Source of the DNA: Anthoceros angustus
Taxonomy: Eukaryota > Plantae > Anthocerotophyta
Direction: 5' to 3'
NCBI GenBank assembly: GCA_010909165.1
Contig: MU008150.1
Coordinates: 62,001 to 126,000, forward strand
DNA length: 64,000 nt
Position numbers and translations under genes: made by a program. Under the pieces are notes generated by a model. The model had not been told where the DNA came from, did not search any database, and was given only the letters and a program-made list of their open reading frames with translations. Positions 1 through 12,590 of this stretch are shown piece by piece. Positions within the stretch are counted from its first letter, which is position 1. Every line of letters starts with the position of its first letter.

Positions 1-1612
1 GCAGCACAACTGTGAGGCGAGCACAGCAGGCTGTGAAAGCCTATGAGCTTGTGAGGCGGGAGGCGACAACAGAGCTGTGAGGCGGCGGCTGTGAGCTGGT
101 GAGAGCTTGTGAGCACTGTGTGGAAGGAAAACCCGGGCTTGAGATTCACCCTCTAGTGGCCACATTTATCCACATGCTAAATACAATGGGTTTAGTCCCA
201 TGAGACTCTTGTTTGTCAGTCACCATCATCCAAGGCACAAACACACACCTCTTCACACCCCCAAGCTCCCTCACAATGGAGCAACCTCAACTCACTCCCA
301 TGAGACAGCGACCACGCCTCACCGTCTTGCTCAGTCAATCACCTTACCTACTAGCGACACCCTCGACTATAGGTCCACACGGTGGGTCGGTGAGCTACAT
401 GTAGGGACCCCCTCGTTGCAGCGCGACTTCACCACCCGTGATCTTCCACTATTCCTTTCCCATTGCCTTCCCACAATTGGCACATCCTCAACCACCAACT
501 CTCGGCGGCAGCGCGCCATGTTGCTCCATCGAATCGCCGCCTCGGGACCTACAACCAACAAACAATTGTAGGGCCTACCCTCCTACCACTTGTAGGAGAT
601 CTAGTGCATTGGTGGGCGGCACCCTCATTCCTACGTGGGAGAGACACCCTATCCCAGCATGCAGGCGCATCCTACCACGGTAGGGGTCGCGCACTGGCGG
701 TGACATAGTTACCTCGCCCTAGTTCAAGGCCTCTCCAACTTCCGGCCCCAGCGCTCCAACTACAACTGCGCCCACAAAACTCCACATTGGCGGCCCGACA
801 CCTCCCACCTTTGCTCAGATCTCGCTCCTACAGCGACATCCCTGTCATAGGTCCGCCCTATGATGGTCCACCGCATGCACATAGGGACCCCCTAGGGCAG
901 CGCGACTTCTCCACCCGTGATTTTGAGACCTTAGCCCGGCTTCCGGTCTCGGTTTGGTGCGGTTGGGACCCCTCCCTTGGGCTCGACTTGGGCCTTCTTC
1001 TTACTCCTAATCTCTACCTCCTCTACTCAACATTCGCTCCACATTCTCCTCAACACTCACCTCAACTCAACTCCTCATCCTCCTAATCTAACCTTACTTC
1101 AAGCCTAGCTCGCCCTTAGCTGGCGCAGTCTACCTACAAGCTAGCAAGTTCTTCCTTGGGCGGTTGCTATGAGTTTGCACCAGACGGTGAGAACCTCCGA
1201 GTCTTTCCTGTAGTCTACCCTCAAGCAGAGTTCCTTGGGCATCGCCACACCCAAAGCAAAGCAATTTCGCAACCATTCACAAGGAGCAACTGCGGGCGCC
1301 GAGGCGAGCCCTCATAGCGCCGACCATAAACTCCCTCTCTACGGACAACGCGTTAGCTTATGACGCACGAAATTCCTTCACAAGGCAAAGGACTCGCGAG
1401 TTTGGGAGGCGCAAGGCGTGATATTTTCTTCTCAAAACCTGCCTTATATAGGGCTCATATAAGGCCTCCCTTGGCCACACCTCTCCCTTACTTTTCCACT
1501 CGTTCTTCCTCAACCACTATAAACTATAGCGCCTAAAGCCAGCATTGAAGCTACTACTCCACTTGCTTCCGGCCATCATAACAACCAACATAGAATCCTC
1601 CCAAACTCCCTT

Positions 1613-4600
1613 AACATGATAATTTTTGAAGGGGTGAATAATCTCGAAGGGGTTTCATCGCAAATAATCTCTGAAGGGGGTTTTTGATGGGCCCTAAAAC
1701 AGCGTTTTGAAGGCATTGCGAAAAACAGCTCGAAAAAAGGTGTCATCCGGTAAAGTTACTACTTTCCATCCGGCAATGTTTGTGAATGGTGGTGAAACTC
1801 GAACCTAGAACACGATAATTTTTGAAGGGGGATATCTGACCTTGGTCATCACAACACCCACCTTGTCGAAGAACACCTTACCTAGAGCGACATATATGCC
1901 CTACTTTGATAATGCACACACCTTTACGAGGTCATACCGTGATAAAGAGCGCACTTTCAAGTGAACACCCTAGAATTGGAGCCACGATGGCGTGTGGGCC
2001 CGTCTGCGCTTTTGTAGAATGTTTAGAGGGCTGCCATTTTATATGTTTATTACAACCGAAAACTTTTACTTTGAAGTGGTGGAACACAATGAAAACAATC
2101 ACGTACTAGAGAGTCTCATTTTAATCGTAGTAAGAACATTGCAACAAACATTTGCTAAAGGAGGAGTGGTCATCGGCATCGACAATAGTCATTGAAGAGT
2201 GAGGCTGGCGACTCATCCATGCCTTGCATCGACCGAGTCGAGAACCACCGCCATATTAGGATGCGGTCCATATCGTCGCCTCAAAGTTATCGTTCTCCTC
2301 CATTGCTTGCGTCTTCAATAGTATCATTCACGGGCCCACCATCGGCGGTGTGGGCGCCCGCGAACATCTAGGGTTCTTGACCCTCATCCAAAAGGTCATG
2401 ATCGTAGTCTTCAACCTTCGGCACTCAATGCAACCACTTGGGCTTTAAGGCAATGCCGGTATAAAATGAACAAAGTTAGTTGCCCATGCGCCCATGCAAG
2501 CATCCTTAATATCAACAAAGTTGAGTTATTAAAAGATATGGGTTTTGAACCGGAACCTATTCATTACTTAACCTTTTTCCCAAACACTAGACCAACAATC
2601 CCAAGTTACTTGAGCCACTACATATAAATTTTGTTAAAGGCGGCCTATGAGGAGGCGTGGCGGCAGCCCCATACAGCATGGCGTGTTGGTAGAGGGGCGC
2701 CGGCCGGCGCCATGTAAGCGAGTGTGCTAGGGAGGCGCGGCGAGCAGGCGCACATGGGGAAGGTGTGCTAGGAGGAAGCCGGCCGGCGGCGCCCATGGCA
2801 GTGTGGGCGCCGGCCGGCCCATGCGCGGCGGCGTGTTGTTGGGGGCGCCGTGGCGGCGCCATGGCGAGTGTGCTAGGGCGGCCGGCCGGCGCCCATGACG
2901 AGGCATCTTGGGGAGGCACCGGCCGGTGGCGCCCTCTAGCTCCACCCGCTGCCGGCAGGTGGTGCTAAGGGCGCGGCCGGCGCCGCCCTCTGCCCACCGC
3001 CCGTGGGCCACCGGGGTGGCGTGTGGAGGCGCGGCGGCGGCGCCTCCTGTGAGGCTCACCGTGGGGTGGGCAAGCAGGTGGTGCGCCTGGCGGGCGCCGG
3101 CCGGCGGCGCCCTCCTCCACGCACCACCGGGCCCCGGGGTGGTGCGCGGATGAGGCGCCCGCGCCTCCACACGCGCCCGTGGGGCCTCTGGTGGTGCGCG
3201 TGGGCGCGGCGGCCGGCGCTCTCCCTCCACCACTTATGCCCGGGGTGGAGTGCGAGCAGGGCGCCGGCCCGGCACCCTCCCTCCGCGTGCCATTGTGGCC
3301 CTCCTTCCACGCACCCCACATGCGTGGCACTTCCATCGAAAATTCGGTGGGCTAACCTTAGAAGCAACCTTGGAATGAAGGCCAACCTTAGAAGCAAATG
3401 CGAAATCGAGCTGACATTTGGTCGGTCAGTGTAGAGGTACTCCTCGAAACATCTGTCACGGTGGACAAAAGCGATAAGGGATAAGCTCTGTGAGTTGCAT
3501 GGCTTAATACAACTGCGAGTCAAAGTGCGTGAAGATAATGATGACAATGGAGGAGAAAATTTGGACCAAGTGTGACGAAGGATTGAACTACGGGAATGAG
3601 TGGCGAAATCTCGTTTTTCGGGGTCCCGAGTTAATGTTGTAAAGTCAGTTCTTGATATTCTTGTGTTAGGGAAATACCACTGTGGCTTTTGTGGTGTCAT
3701 AACAAAACCATTTTCCTCCAAAAGCGAGTTCTGAGTCCCTTCCGTGAGCGGCCTTCCTCACCGTTCCTACTTTGCATTATTCCGTAGGTTCGAGTTTGTG
3801 ACCACCATTCGACAAACATTCTTTGGATGGAAAGTAGTAACTTTCTTGGGTGACACCTTTTTGAGTTGTTTTTCGCAATGCCTTCAAAGCAGCTTTTAGG
3901 GCCCATCAAAAACCCCTTCATAGATTATTTGGAAAACCCCTTGAGGATTATTCACCCCTTCAAAAATTATCATGTTCTAGGGAATAATGCAAAGTAGGAG
4001 CAGTGGAAGGCCGTTCACTGGGAAAAGACATTGTAAACTCGGTTTTGGGAGAAAATGTGGTTTTGTTATGACACCACAAAAGCCGGACAGTAGTATTTCT
4101 AACGATAATCGACAACACTGTCTTCTAACATTTCGGCTTCACTCATCCCGGGTCGTCATGACTGTCCGGACTTCTCCGTTGTCATCACTCTCTTAGCGAC
4201 GCACTTCGAGCGCCACGCAACTGCGGCTTCCTCCGTCTTTTGTCCACCGCACTCTGATATTCGGAAAACCTCCCTCACTCGGCAAACCAACCTTCGTTCG
4301 ACGACTGTTCTAATATCATTCAGGTTACTCAGATCATTCAAGGTTGCTTCTAAGGTTAGCCTGAATTTTCGATGGAAGTGCCGCGTGCGATGCGTGGAAA
4401 GGGAACCTGACAAACGCAGCGGAGGACTCGACGGCCGGCGCCCTCCGCACCACCGTCGGGCGCGCGCTGGTGCAGTGGCGGATAGGGGCGTCCTCCTATC
4501 AGCGCACCACCCGTGAGTGGGCCTACGGGTGGCGGCGGGAGAGGCGCCGGCGTGCCCTCCTGCACCACTAACCGTATGTCCCTGGGTGGCGTGGAGGGGA

Positions 4601-5193
4601 GCCGTGCGGCCTCCCTCGCACCACCCGTCGAGGTTTTCGGGTGGTGCGGAGGATACAGCAGCGGCGGCCGCCCTCCGCGCACCCGCGTAGTACCTACGGG
4701 TAGTCTTGTGCGGATAGGGAGGCGGCCGGCCGGTGGCGCCCTCCCTCTGCACTCACCCGTCGATGGGCCTACGGGTGGTGTTTGGCGGGCGCCGGCCGCG
4801 CCCTGCGCGCGCACCACCGTTTGCCCACCCTCACGGTGCTTGGCGGCGTAGGGCGCCCTCCCTCACGCGCCCTCGTCGGTGGGCCTACGGGTGGTGCGGC
4901 GGAGGTGGCGGCCCCGGCAGCGCCCTCCCACCATGCCACTGCTCATGGGCGCCGGCCGGCGCCCTCCCTAACACCCACCCATGGGCGCCCGCCCGGCGCC
5001 CCAACCTGCCCATGGGCGCCGTGCGCCCCCTCCAACCGCCATACCTTGCCCATGGGCGGCCGGCCGGCGCCCTCTAACACTGCCCCTACCCATGGGCGGC
5101 CGGGTAGGCGCTCCCTCTCCTCAAGTCTTTAAGAAAATGAATATTTAGCGGCTCAATGAATTTATAACTTGGGACCATTGGTCAAGTGTTTGG
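1613..5193. mobile_element. Non-autonomous TIR DNA transposon (element A, left part; right end absent in this copy)
   Basis: Starts AACATGATAATTTTTGAAGGGG at 1613 and is interrupted by element B at CTAG. It matches the complete copy at 14170-19872. Confidence 0.75.
1809..3976. mobile_element. Non-autonomous TIR DNA transposon (element B, 2168 bp) nested in element A
   Basis: Left end AACACGATAATTTTTGAAGGGGG, right end CCCCTTCAAAAATTATCATGTT. Flanked by CTAG at 1805-1808 and 3977-3980. GC-rich GGCGCC core at ~2640-3330. Confidence 0.85.
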
Positions 5194-6192
5194 TGGAAAG
5201 AGTTCAATCTTCCTTTTCAGCTCACATTGCTTATGGCTCGACTCCATTACCTATCCTCCTTTACGAATTTGCAGCCTTTCCCTCGAACTTGATGGCCTTT
5301 TCGTCTCTCATCCTTTTCTTTACCGCCTCCACCTCCTTGATATTGCTAATCCCATTTTGGATCCCCTTACCTCCTCCTTGCCTTTAGGTCCTCCGCTCGC
5401 TCCAATCTTGACCCACAAGCTTCTTTTCTTTGGCTTTCTCAAGCTGCCAGCTTAGAAGATTCGAGTTTGAACCTTTTTCGACTCCTTGGCCTCTCCCTCC
5501 TCCCAACTCCCCTTTCTCACATCCCCCAACCACTCCATTCAGGCCCTTAAATTAAGATACCTTCGCCTCACTGGTCCCCTCTTTCCTTTTCCCCCCTCTC
5601 ACTTCTAGACTCCGCTTTTACAAAGGCAGGCTCAGAGTTAATCCTCCCTCAGTAAATTTCCTACCCGCCCTACCGTTCCCCCTTTCCTTCAAACTCCGCA
5701 CACTCATAGGTCAATTTCGTGTTAGCTCCCACCACCTCCAGTTGAGACCCGTTGGCTCAAGCCTACCCCTCCCAAGGCGATAGGATGCATGGTGTAGTAG
5801 GCTTTGCCGATATAGCGGTAGTGGAGTTTTTACAACGGACCTCTGTAGATTTTACAACAAACTTGCTTCATTGCAACGCATTCGATTTACAACGGACCCC
5901 TATCTCTACTCCCGAAACTTTACAACGAGAGCCTTTTACAACGGGTTTCGTTGTAAATGAAAAACTACTTTTAAACGAACCACATACACGGGGTCCATTT
6001 ACAACAAGGTCCGTTGTAAAGGTACATACTTATTACAGGCTCGTGCGAAGTTCACGATTACAACCATTCGATTAGGTTAATCATGGTTAACTAACGCCAA
6101 CTAGTTTGTGGTAATCGAATCACACTTCCTCTTTTATTGTCACGCCTATGCGATATTCGGTCTCGTTACTCTCTTCTTTTTGAATGTGCGGG
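5194..6192 (+). mobile_element. 5'-truncated RTEX-like LINE fragment, with a CACTA-derived patch at ~5789-6112
   Basis: Matches 18142-18853 and the 3' part of the LINE at 31.8-32.9 kb. Preceded by TGTTTGG (5187-5193), the TSD seen in copy 2. Confidence 0.75.
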
Positions 6193-6710
6193 TTACATAC
6201 GTGACTCGCCTTCGTGGTTTCCACTGAAGGATAGGGTGCACTACACAATCCGACACATGTGCAACCCACTGCTGTCTGATTTTTGGGCACACTCTGATGC
6301 TGAAGTGCTTCTTATTGAAAGCACCTTACGTCAAACAATTTCAGGCCCATGGAGCTTTCATTGTATTGTAGCTCAGTTAGTGGCACCCGGCCTGAGGCAT
6401 TGGAAGAATAACTTGAGAAAGGAGGCTAGGCACTTCTTACATGGGAAGAAAGGGTGCGATAAGTATGTGCCCAAGAGCTTGAAGAAGGAGTATTGGGATG
6501 TTCTCTTGAAACAGGAGAAAGATAAAATTTGGATGGTGTTGTTGCACCAGTCAACAAAAGATTGCTGCAGTCGGAGGAAAAACGTCATTGGTAAGCCATA
6601 TTCTTGCTTTGGGTTTGGAGGTCAAAAGCAATTCATGGACAGTTCGAGCCAAGTTTGATAGGCAAGCAACTTTAGAGGAGATCAAGGTTGGGATCTAGGC
6701 ATGGAAATTG
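6193..6710 (+). pseudogene. CACTA TnpA/Ptta-type (Transposase_24-like) ORF remnant
   Basis: Peptide VPKSLKKEYWDVLLKQE...CCSRRKNVIGKPYSCFGFGGQKQF, continuing after a frameshift as FDRQATLEEI. Resembles the En/Spm ORF2 pattern, recognised by eye only. Confidence 0.45.
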
Positions 6711-6754
6711 GTTGAACAAGGCGAGAGCGCATTGGAAGGAGACTAAAACCACAA

Positions 6755-9240
6755 TTCCATCCTTGGGTCCTCAAGTGGATTACGAAGGGAAAGTCGATAA
6801 AGGTGAATGTATGGAATCTATTGCATGAAGCGGGATATGAGAGTGCAGTGTGATGAGCAGTAATGGAGGCAATTACGAAGAAGAGGGTCCGGGATGAAGG
6901 TTTCATGGTGGAACATCTTCTTCCCGACGATTGAAAAAGGCTAAGAAAGCCTCACCATAGTTCGTCGACAATAGAGCTTGCACTTCCATGTAATTTCATG
7001 TAATCTTCAAGTAATTGTTGAAGTTCATCTCGTTATGTGGGCTTTGTTCATGCGTTGTATGTTTGTGAAAGAGGGTTGGCGGTTCTTTGTCAAATGGAGG
7101 CCTTGTGACAAACTAATCTACTACCGATTGTAGGATGCATGGTGTAGTAGGCTTTGCCGATATAGCGGTAGTGGAGTTTTTACAACAGACCTCAGATTTT
7201 ACAACAAACTTGCTTCATTGCAACGCATTCGATTTACAACGGACCCCTATCTCTACTCCGAAACTTTACAACGAGAGCCTTTTACAACGGGTTTCGTTTG
7301 AAAAACTACTTTTAAACGAACCACATACACGGGGTCCATTTACAACAAGGTCCGTTGTAAAGGTACATACTTATTACAGGCTCGTGCGAAGTTCACGATT
7401 ACAACCATTCGATTAGGTTAATCATGGTTAACTAACGCCAACTAGTTTGTGGTAATCGAATCCGATTAACTTGATTAATAAAGCTGGTCATGATAACTCT
7501 AGTATATTAACCATGGTTATTGAAGTTGTAAAATGCGTTGTAAGTGTACTCGGTTTTAAACCTCTTTTCTGTTGTACTATCTACTGTCCCATGATGGTTC
7601 TTCCATCCTTGGGTCCTCAAGTGGATTACGAAGGGAAAGTCGATAAAGGTAATATACGGAATCTATTGCATGAGCGGGATATGAGAGTGCAGTGTGATGA
7701 GCAGTGTAATGGAGGCAATTACGAAGAAGAGGGATGAAGGTTTCATGGTGGAACATCTTCTTCCCGACGATTGAAAAAGGCTAAGAAAGCCTCACCATAG
7801 TTGGTCGGACAATAGAGCTTGCACTTCCTGTAATTTCATGTAATCTTCAAGTAATTGTTGAAGTTCATCTCGTTATGTGGGCTTTGTTCATGCGGTATGT
7901 TTGTGAAAGAGGGTTGGCGGTTCTTTGTCAAATGGAGGCCGCTTGTGACAAACTAATCTACTACCGATTGTAGGATGCATGGTGTAGTAGGCTTTGCCGA
8001 TATAGCGGTAGTGGAGTTTTTACAACGGACCTCTGTAGATTTTACAACAAACTTGCTTCATTGCAACGCATTCGATTTACAACGGACCCCTATCTCTACT
8101 CCGAAACTTTACAGAGCCTTTTACAACGGGTTTCGTTGTAAAATGGCTTACTTTTAAACGAACCACAGTACACGTGGTCCATTTACAACAAGGTTGTAAA
8201 GGTACATACTTATTACAGGCTCGTGCGAAAGTTACGCAGCGATTACAACCATTCGATTAGGTTAATCATGGTTAACTAACGCCAACTAGTTTGTGGTAAT
8301 CGAATCCAGTTAACTTGATTAATAAAGCTGGTCATGATACTTAACTCTAGTATATTAACCATGGTTATTGAAGTTGTAAAATGCGTTGTAAGTGTACTCG
8401 GTTTTAAACCTCTTTTCTGTTGTACTATCTACTGTCCCATGATGGTTCTTCCATCCTTGGGTCCTCAAGTGGATTACGAAGGGAAAGTCGATAAAGGTAA
8501 TATACGGAATCTATTGCATGAGCGGGATATGAGAGTGCAGTGTGATGAGCAGTGTAATGGAGGCAATTACGAAGAAGAGGGATGAAGGTTTCATGGTGGA
8601 ACATCTTCTTCCCGACGATTGAAAAAGGCTAAGAAAGCCTCACCATAGTTGGTCGGACAATAGAGCTTGCACTTCCTGTAATTTCATGTAATCTTCAAGT
8701 AATTGTTGAAGTTCATCTCGTTATGTGGGCTTTGTTCATGCGGTATGTTTGTGAAAGAGGGTTGGCGGTTCTTTGTCAAATGGAGGCCGCTTGTGACAAA
8801 CTAATCTACTACCGATTGTAGGATGCATGGTGTAGTAGGCTTTGCCGATATAGCGGTAGTGGAGTTTTTACAACGGACCTCTGTAGATTTTACAACAAAC
8901 TTGCTTCATTGCAACGCATTCGATTACAACGGACCCCTATCTCTACTCCGAAACTTTACAGAGCCTTTTACAACGGGTTTCGTTGTAAAATGGCTTACTT
9001 TTAAACGAACCACAGTACACGTGGTCCATTTACAACAAGGTTGTAAAGGTACATACTTATTACAGGCTCGTGCGAAAGTTACGCGCGATTACAACCATTC
9101 GATTAGGTTAATCATGGTTAACTAACGCCAACTAGTTTGTGGTAATCGAATCCGATTAACTTGATTAATAAAGCTGGTCAAGATTTAACTCTAGTATATT
9201 AACCATGGTTATTGAAGTTGTAAAATGCGTTGTAAGTGTA
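6755..9240. repeat. Tandem array, ~847-bp unit, about 3 copies
   Basis: TTCCATCCTTGGGTCC recurs at 6755, 7601 and 8449. TAGGATGCATGGTGTAG recurs at ~7131, ~7971 and ~8819. Confidence 0.95.
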
Positions 9241-9492
9241 CCGTAGTAATGTCCGTAAAGGGGTTCCGTTGTAAAGTTTAACGAGTGTACGGACCACCAG
9301 TCAAGCCATACACCGTATGGGTTGGACAATACCGTATTCAATACATAATATAGCCCTCGATAATGCGTATATACTTTTACTATGGATATTACTAAGGTGT
9401 GTTTACTACGGGGGTTTTTACTACAGACTTAGTAAAGGCGTTGTAATGCCCGTTGTAATTTCCGTTGTAAAAGTATCCTTTTCCTAGTAGTG

Positions 9493-11104
9493 TCCAAGGA
9501 GTCCCAAAGGACGAGAAGGGTGAGGAGATGTTGATAGTAGTGACCCAAAAGTTCATCCAAGGGAAACTGCAGCTGAAAGATATAAGGACATTGATGTTGG
9601 CAACAGGAAGAAGATTAACCTTATCGAGCATGCTTTTAGAAAGGCTATGAAGTGTGCCACCTTCGCTGAAGTCACCAAACAGTTTCCCAAACATACCAAA
9701 GCCAAGGAACTGGCGAAATTTCAAACAGCATTCGCGACAATGGTAAGTGAATATTCAACTCTATATTGTCGCGGTCGGTAGCGCACTCTATGTGCCTGCC
9801 ACCGGCGGTCGAAGAACTGGTACCGGCGCGACTCTTCTTGTTTTATTCCCGTGGCTTGGTCGCGGCCAACCGGCACTCCACTACGTTCAAGTAGGTCTCG
9901 ACCAGTGTGTTCCCAAAACCATTTCGATTTTGTATATAGCGCGTAATTGGAAAATGCATGGAAGAAGGCGCAAGCGAATGGCGACAAGGACATGGATGCG
10001 GTGGCAGTTTCGAGTTAGGGTCTTGAGCAAAGTTACATACCAGGTAGTGCATCGCGATATTTTGGACATGAAAGGATTCTTGCCACCGAGGAGGTATACT
10101 CTTCTATCCTGCGACCTCCCTCGAGGGTTACAGTGACATGAGAATGACAAGTCGTTCGTTGAAGAAGAATTGAAAGAGCTCATCAGCTCTTTCAACGAGA
10201 AGACCACTAGCAATGTGTTCCGTATAGTTCTGATGCATGGAGTGGAGGGGGTGATTCAAGCTAGGGAGGCTTTGAGGTCGTGGTGTAGGAAAGGAGTCAT
10301 ACAAACCCTGGTATGGGAGAAAACTAACATCCCACCTAACAGTGGTGCTGTGAAACAGGGGAATACTTAACAGTGGGAAGCGCAGTGAAGATAGAGTCCA
10401 ATGTTGGAAACGCTCCTCTTTTCGCGAGGAAAGACAACAAACAGGTGCTCCCAAGAGTTATCCGACATGGAACTGTGGTGAAGAAGCTCATTTACCACAC
10501 TGGTTATAAGATGGTCGTATCTCCATATCAGAAACCTTTGGGCTTATTGGGCATGTTGGTGAACATGTTCTCCAACAAAGACGACTGGATTGTTGACGCC
10601 TGTGCAGGATCAGGGTCATTTTTGGTGGCAAGAATTCAGATTCAAAGGAACGTTGTGGCCATTGACAAAGACGCATGATGCTCAATGTATATGTTGCAAA
10701 GAGTCAACGGGTTGGAGCGGCTGCCGGATGAGTTCGAAGAAACAACAGCAGATAAGTTTTCGTGGGGCCCTGGAAAGTTTTGGGCAAAGAAGATCTGTGC
10801 AGACGGTGGCATTGATAGGAAAATGCAAGTGTATAGCTTGCTTGGAAAGAAGGGTCAGAATGAAGGACTCCACAGACCTCAGGACGGCCGGCCGGTTGAA
10901 GAGCTGTTAGCATTGACGATATGGGATGAAAACGGCACACTACCACCGCAGACAACAGAGGCTCCAGCGTTTTCTGTTTTGCAGGTTGAAGGTGATGACT
11001 TTGGTGACACGGAAAGGCAGACTTTGGAAAATGTAGAAACGGTGCCAGATTCAAAGGTTAATTTGGTTGAAGTAGATGATCCTTTGGGCAGTCAGGACTT
11101 GTAG
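9493..11104 (+). pseudogene. Decayed beta-class N6-adenine/N4-cytosine DNA methyltransferase (N6_N4_Mtase-like), 5' end cut by the CACTA terminus
   Basis: Beta-class motif order: HRDILDM..LPPRRYTLLSCDLP(R) (motif IV-like, 10113-10124), LVWEKTN, EYLTVG, PYQKPLGLLGMLVNMFSNKDDWIVDACAGSGSF (motif I-like, 10595-10618), RNVVAIDKD. TGA stops at 10134 and 10676, frameshift at ~10360, acidic tail to 11104. Confidence 0.7.
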
Positions 11105-11703
11105 ATAGTTGGGGCTCTATCCGGTTAACCAGTTCAATTCCCGTTTTTGACTCTTCGTGGAAAAGCCCTGAATTTGATTTGAATGTATACTGCCTTTTTT
11201 GGATCCATAATGCTGGCACTATGCCCTTTCCACCGGAGTATGTCTGGCAAGGGTACGCCGGACGACCGGCGCACTGAAACAAAAGTGTGCATAAATTGAA
11301 AAGAAACCCTATTTTACTTACATTGTTCTTAGTAGAACCTGCCTTAAAGCACATCTATTTTAAAAACACTTGTTTTGGTTGATATGAGATAGGGGTGGCA
11401 ACCTTCTCTCAAAGCGCAAAAGGGGCTTTTAAGAATCGGCCGTTATTGAGAAGACACTGTTCAACGTGCTTGAAGTTCTATTTTAAGGTCTTTTATTCAA
11501 TTGAGGATTCATGCAAGACGCTCTTTTGCTGTCAATCTCCTATGACTCTAAGAAATTTCTATCTAATAGATCCAAAAAGATCTTGATCTAGACCAACACG
11601 CTAGTTGTACATATGTCCACTTTAAATACTCCTCCCATTATGTGTTTTCTTCCGTGGCCTCTTCCATGGACCCTTCTTGGGTCACTCTCCAAGGACTCTA
11701 AGT

Positions 11704-11714
11704 TTGTGTGTTTA

Positions 11715-11762
<48 letters not shown>

Positions 11763-12590
11763 TGTGTGAGTGTGTGAGTGTGTGAGTGTGTGAGTGTGTG
11801 AGTGTGTGAGTGTGTGAGTGTGTGAGTGTGTGAGTGTGTGAGTGTGTGAGTGTGTGAGTGTGTGAGTGTGTGAGTGTGTGAGTGTGTGAGTGGCAGGTGT
11901 GTGAGTGTGAGTGTGAGTGTGTGAGTGTGTGAGTGTGAGTGTGTGGAGGTGTGTGAGTGTGGAGTGTGTGAGTGTGTGAGTGTGGTGTGTGAGTGTGAGT
12001 GTGAGTGTGTGTGAGAGTGTGTGAGTGTGTGAGTGTGTGAGTGTGTGAGGTGTGAGTGTGGAGTGTGTGAGTGTGAGTGTGTGAGTGTGTGAGTGTGTGA
12101 GTGGTGAGTGTGTGAGTGTGGCAGTGTGAGTGTGTGAGTGTGTGAGTGTGTGAGTGTGTGAGTGTGAGGTGTGAGTGTGTGTGGTGTGAGTGTGTGAGTG
12201 TGTGTGAGGTGTGTGAGTGTGTGTGAGGTGTGAGTGTGTGGTGTGGCAAGTGTGAGTTTACATGCGAGAGCACACAGAGCTTGTGAGCGAGGGCTATGAG
12301 CCTTGAGCTGTGAGAGGCGAGAGCACAGCAGGCTGTGAGCTGTGAGAGTGAGAGCGAAAGCCTATGAGCTTGTGAGGCGGGAGGCGACAACTTGTGAGCA
12401 CAGCAGGCGGCGGCTGTGAGCTGTGGTGAGTGTGAGAGCTTGTGAGCACAGAGGCGAGAGTCCAGGAGCTGTGGCTGAGGAGGCGAGAGCACTGTGAGCT
12501 GTGAAAGCCTATGAGCTTGTGAGGCGAGGCGACAACAGCACAACTGTGAGGCGGCGGCTGTGAGCTGAGTGAGAGCTTGTGAGCTGTGTG
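11704..12590. repeat. Compound microsatellite: (TG)n, then (AGTGTGTG)n, then degenerate TGTGAG repeats
   Basis: Pure TG run at ~11718-11760, 8-mer array at ~11761-11890, increasingly degenerate units to ~12260, and CTGTGAG/CTTGTGAG motifs to ~12590. Confidence 0.95.

Larger units (their letters stand above)
1..6192. repeat. Segmental duplicate, copy 1 (partner ~12300-18853)
   Basis: Co-linear near-identity with 12.3-18.85 kb (offset ~12.5 kb), e.g. ggaaggaaaaccc at ~122 and ~12590, and cgatattcggtctcgttactctc at ~6151 and ~18813. Differences are mostly 1-3 bp indels. Confidence 0.9.
6193..9492 (+). mobile_element. CACTA/EnSpm element, right-hand part
   Basis: Ends in TTCCTAGTAGTG at 9481-9492 (reverse complement CACTACTAGGAA). 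Dense subterminal TTTACAACGG / CCGTTGTAAA motifs. No left TIR visible. Confidence 0.7.

Noticed and set aside
1613-1808. A ~195-bp long TIR pairing with 3781-3976
   Set aside because: The pairing arises because B is an inverted family member inserted into A. The CTAG TSDs show the two arms belong to different elements.
2587-5132. Many Ala/Pro/Arg/Gly-rich ORFs (also at 15177-18088)
   Set aside because: They are stop-poor GC-rich cores of the TIR elements, open in several frames on both strands and not frame-conserved between copies.
6755-9240. rDNA/5S or viral terminal repeat interpretation of the 847-bp array
   Set aside because: There are no 5S box A/C or rRNA signatures, and the motifs match CACTA subterminal repeats next to a CACTA end.
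11698-12543. 281-aa His/Thr-rich ORF on the minus strand
   Set aside because: It is a translation of the (TG)/(AGTGTGTG) microsatellite, with no start context or domain.
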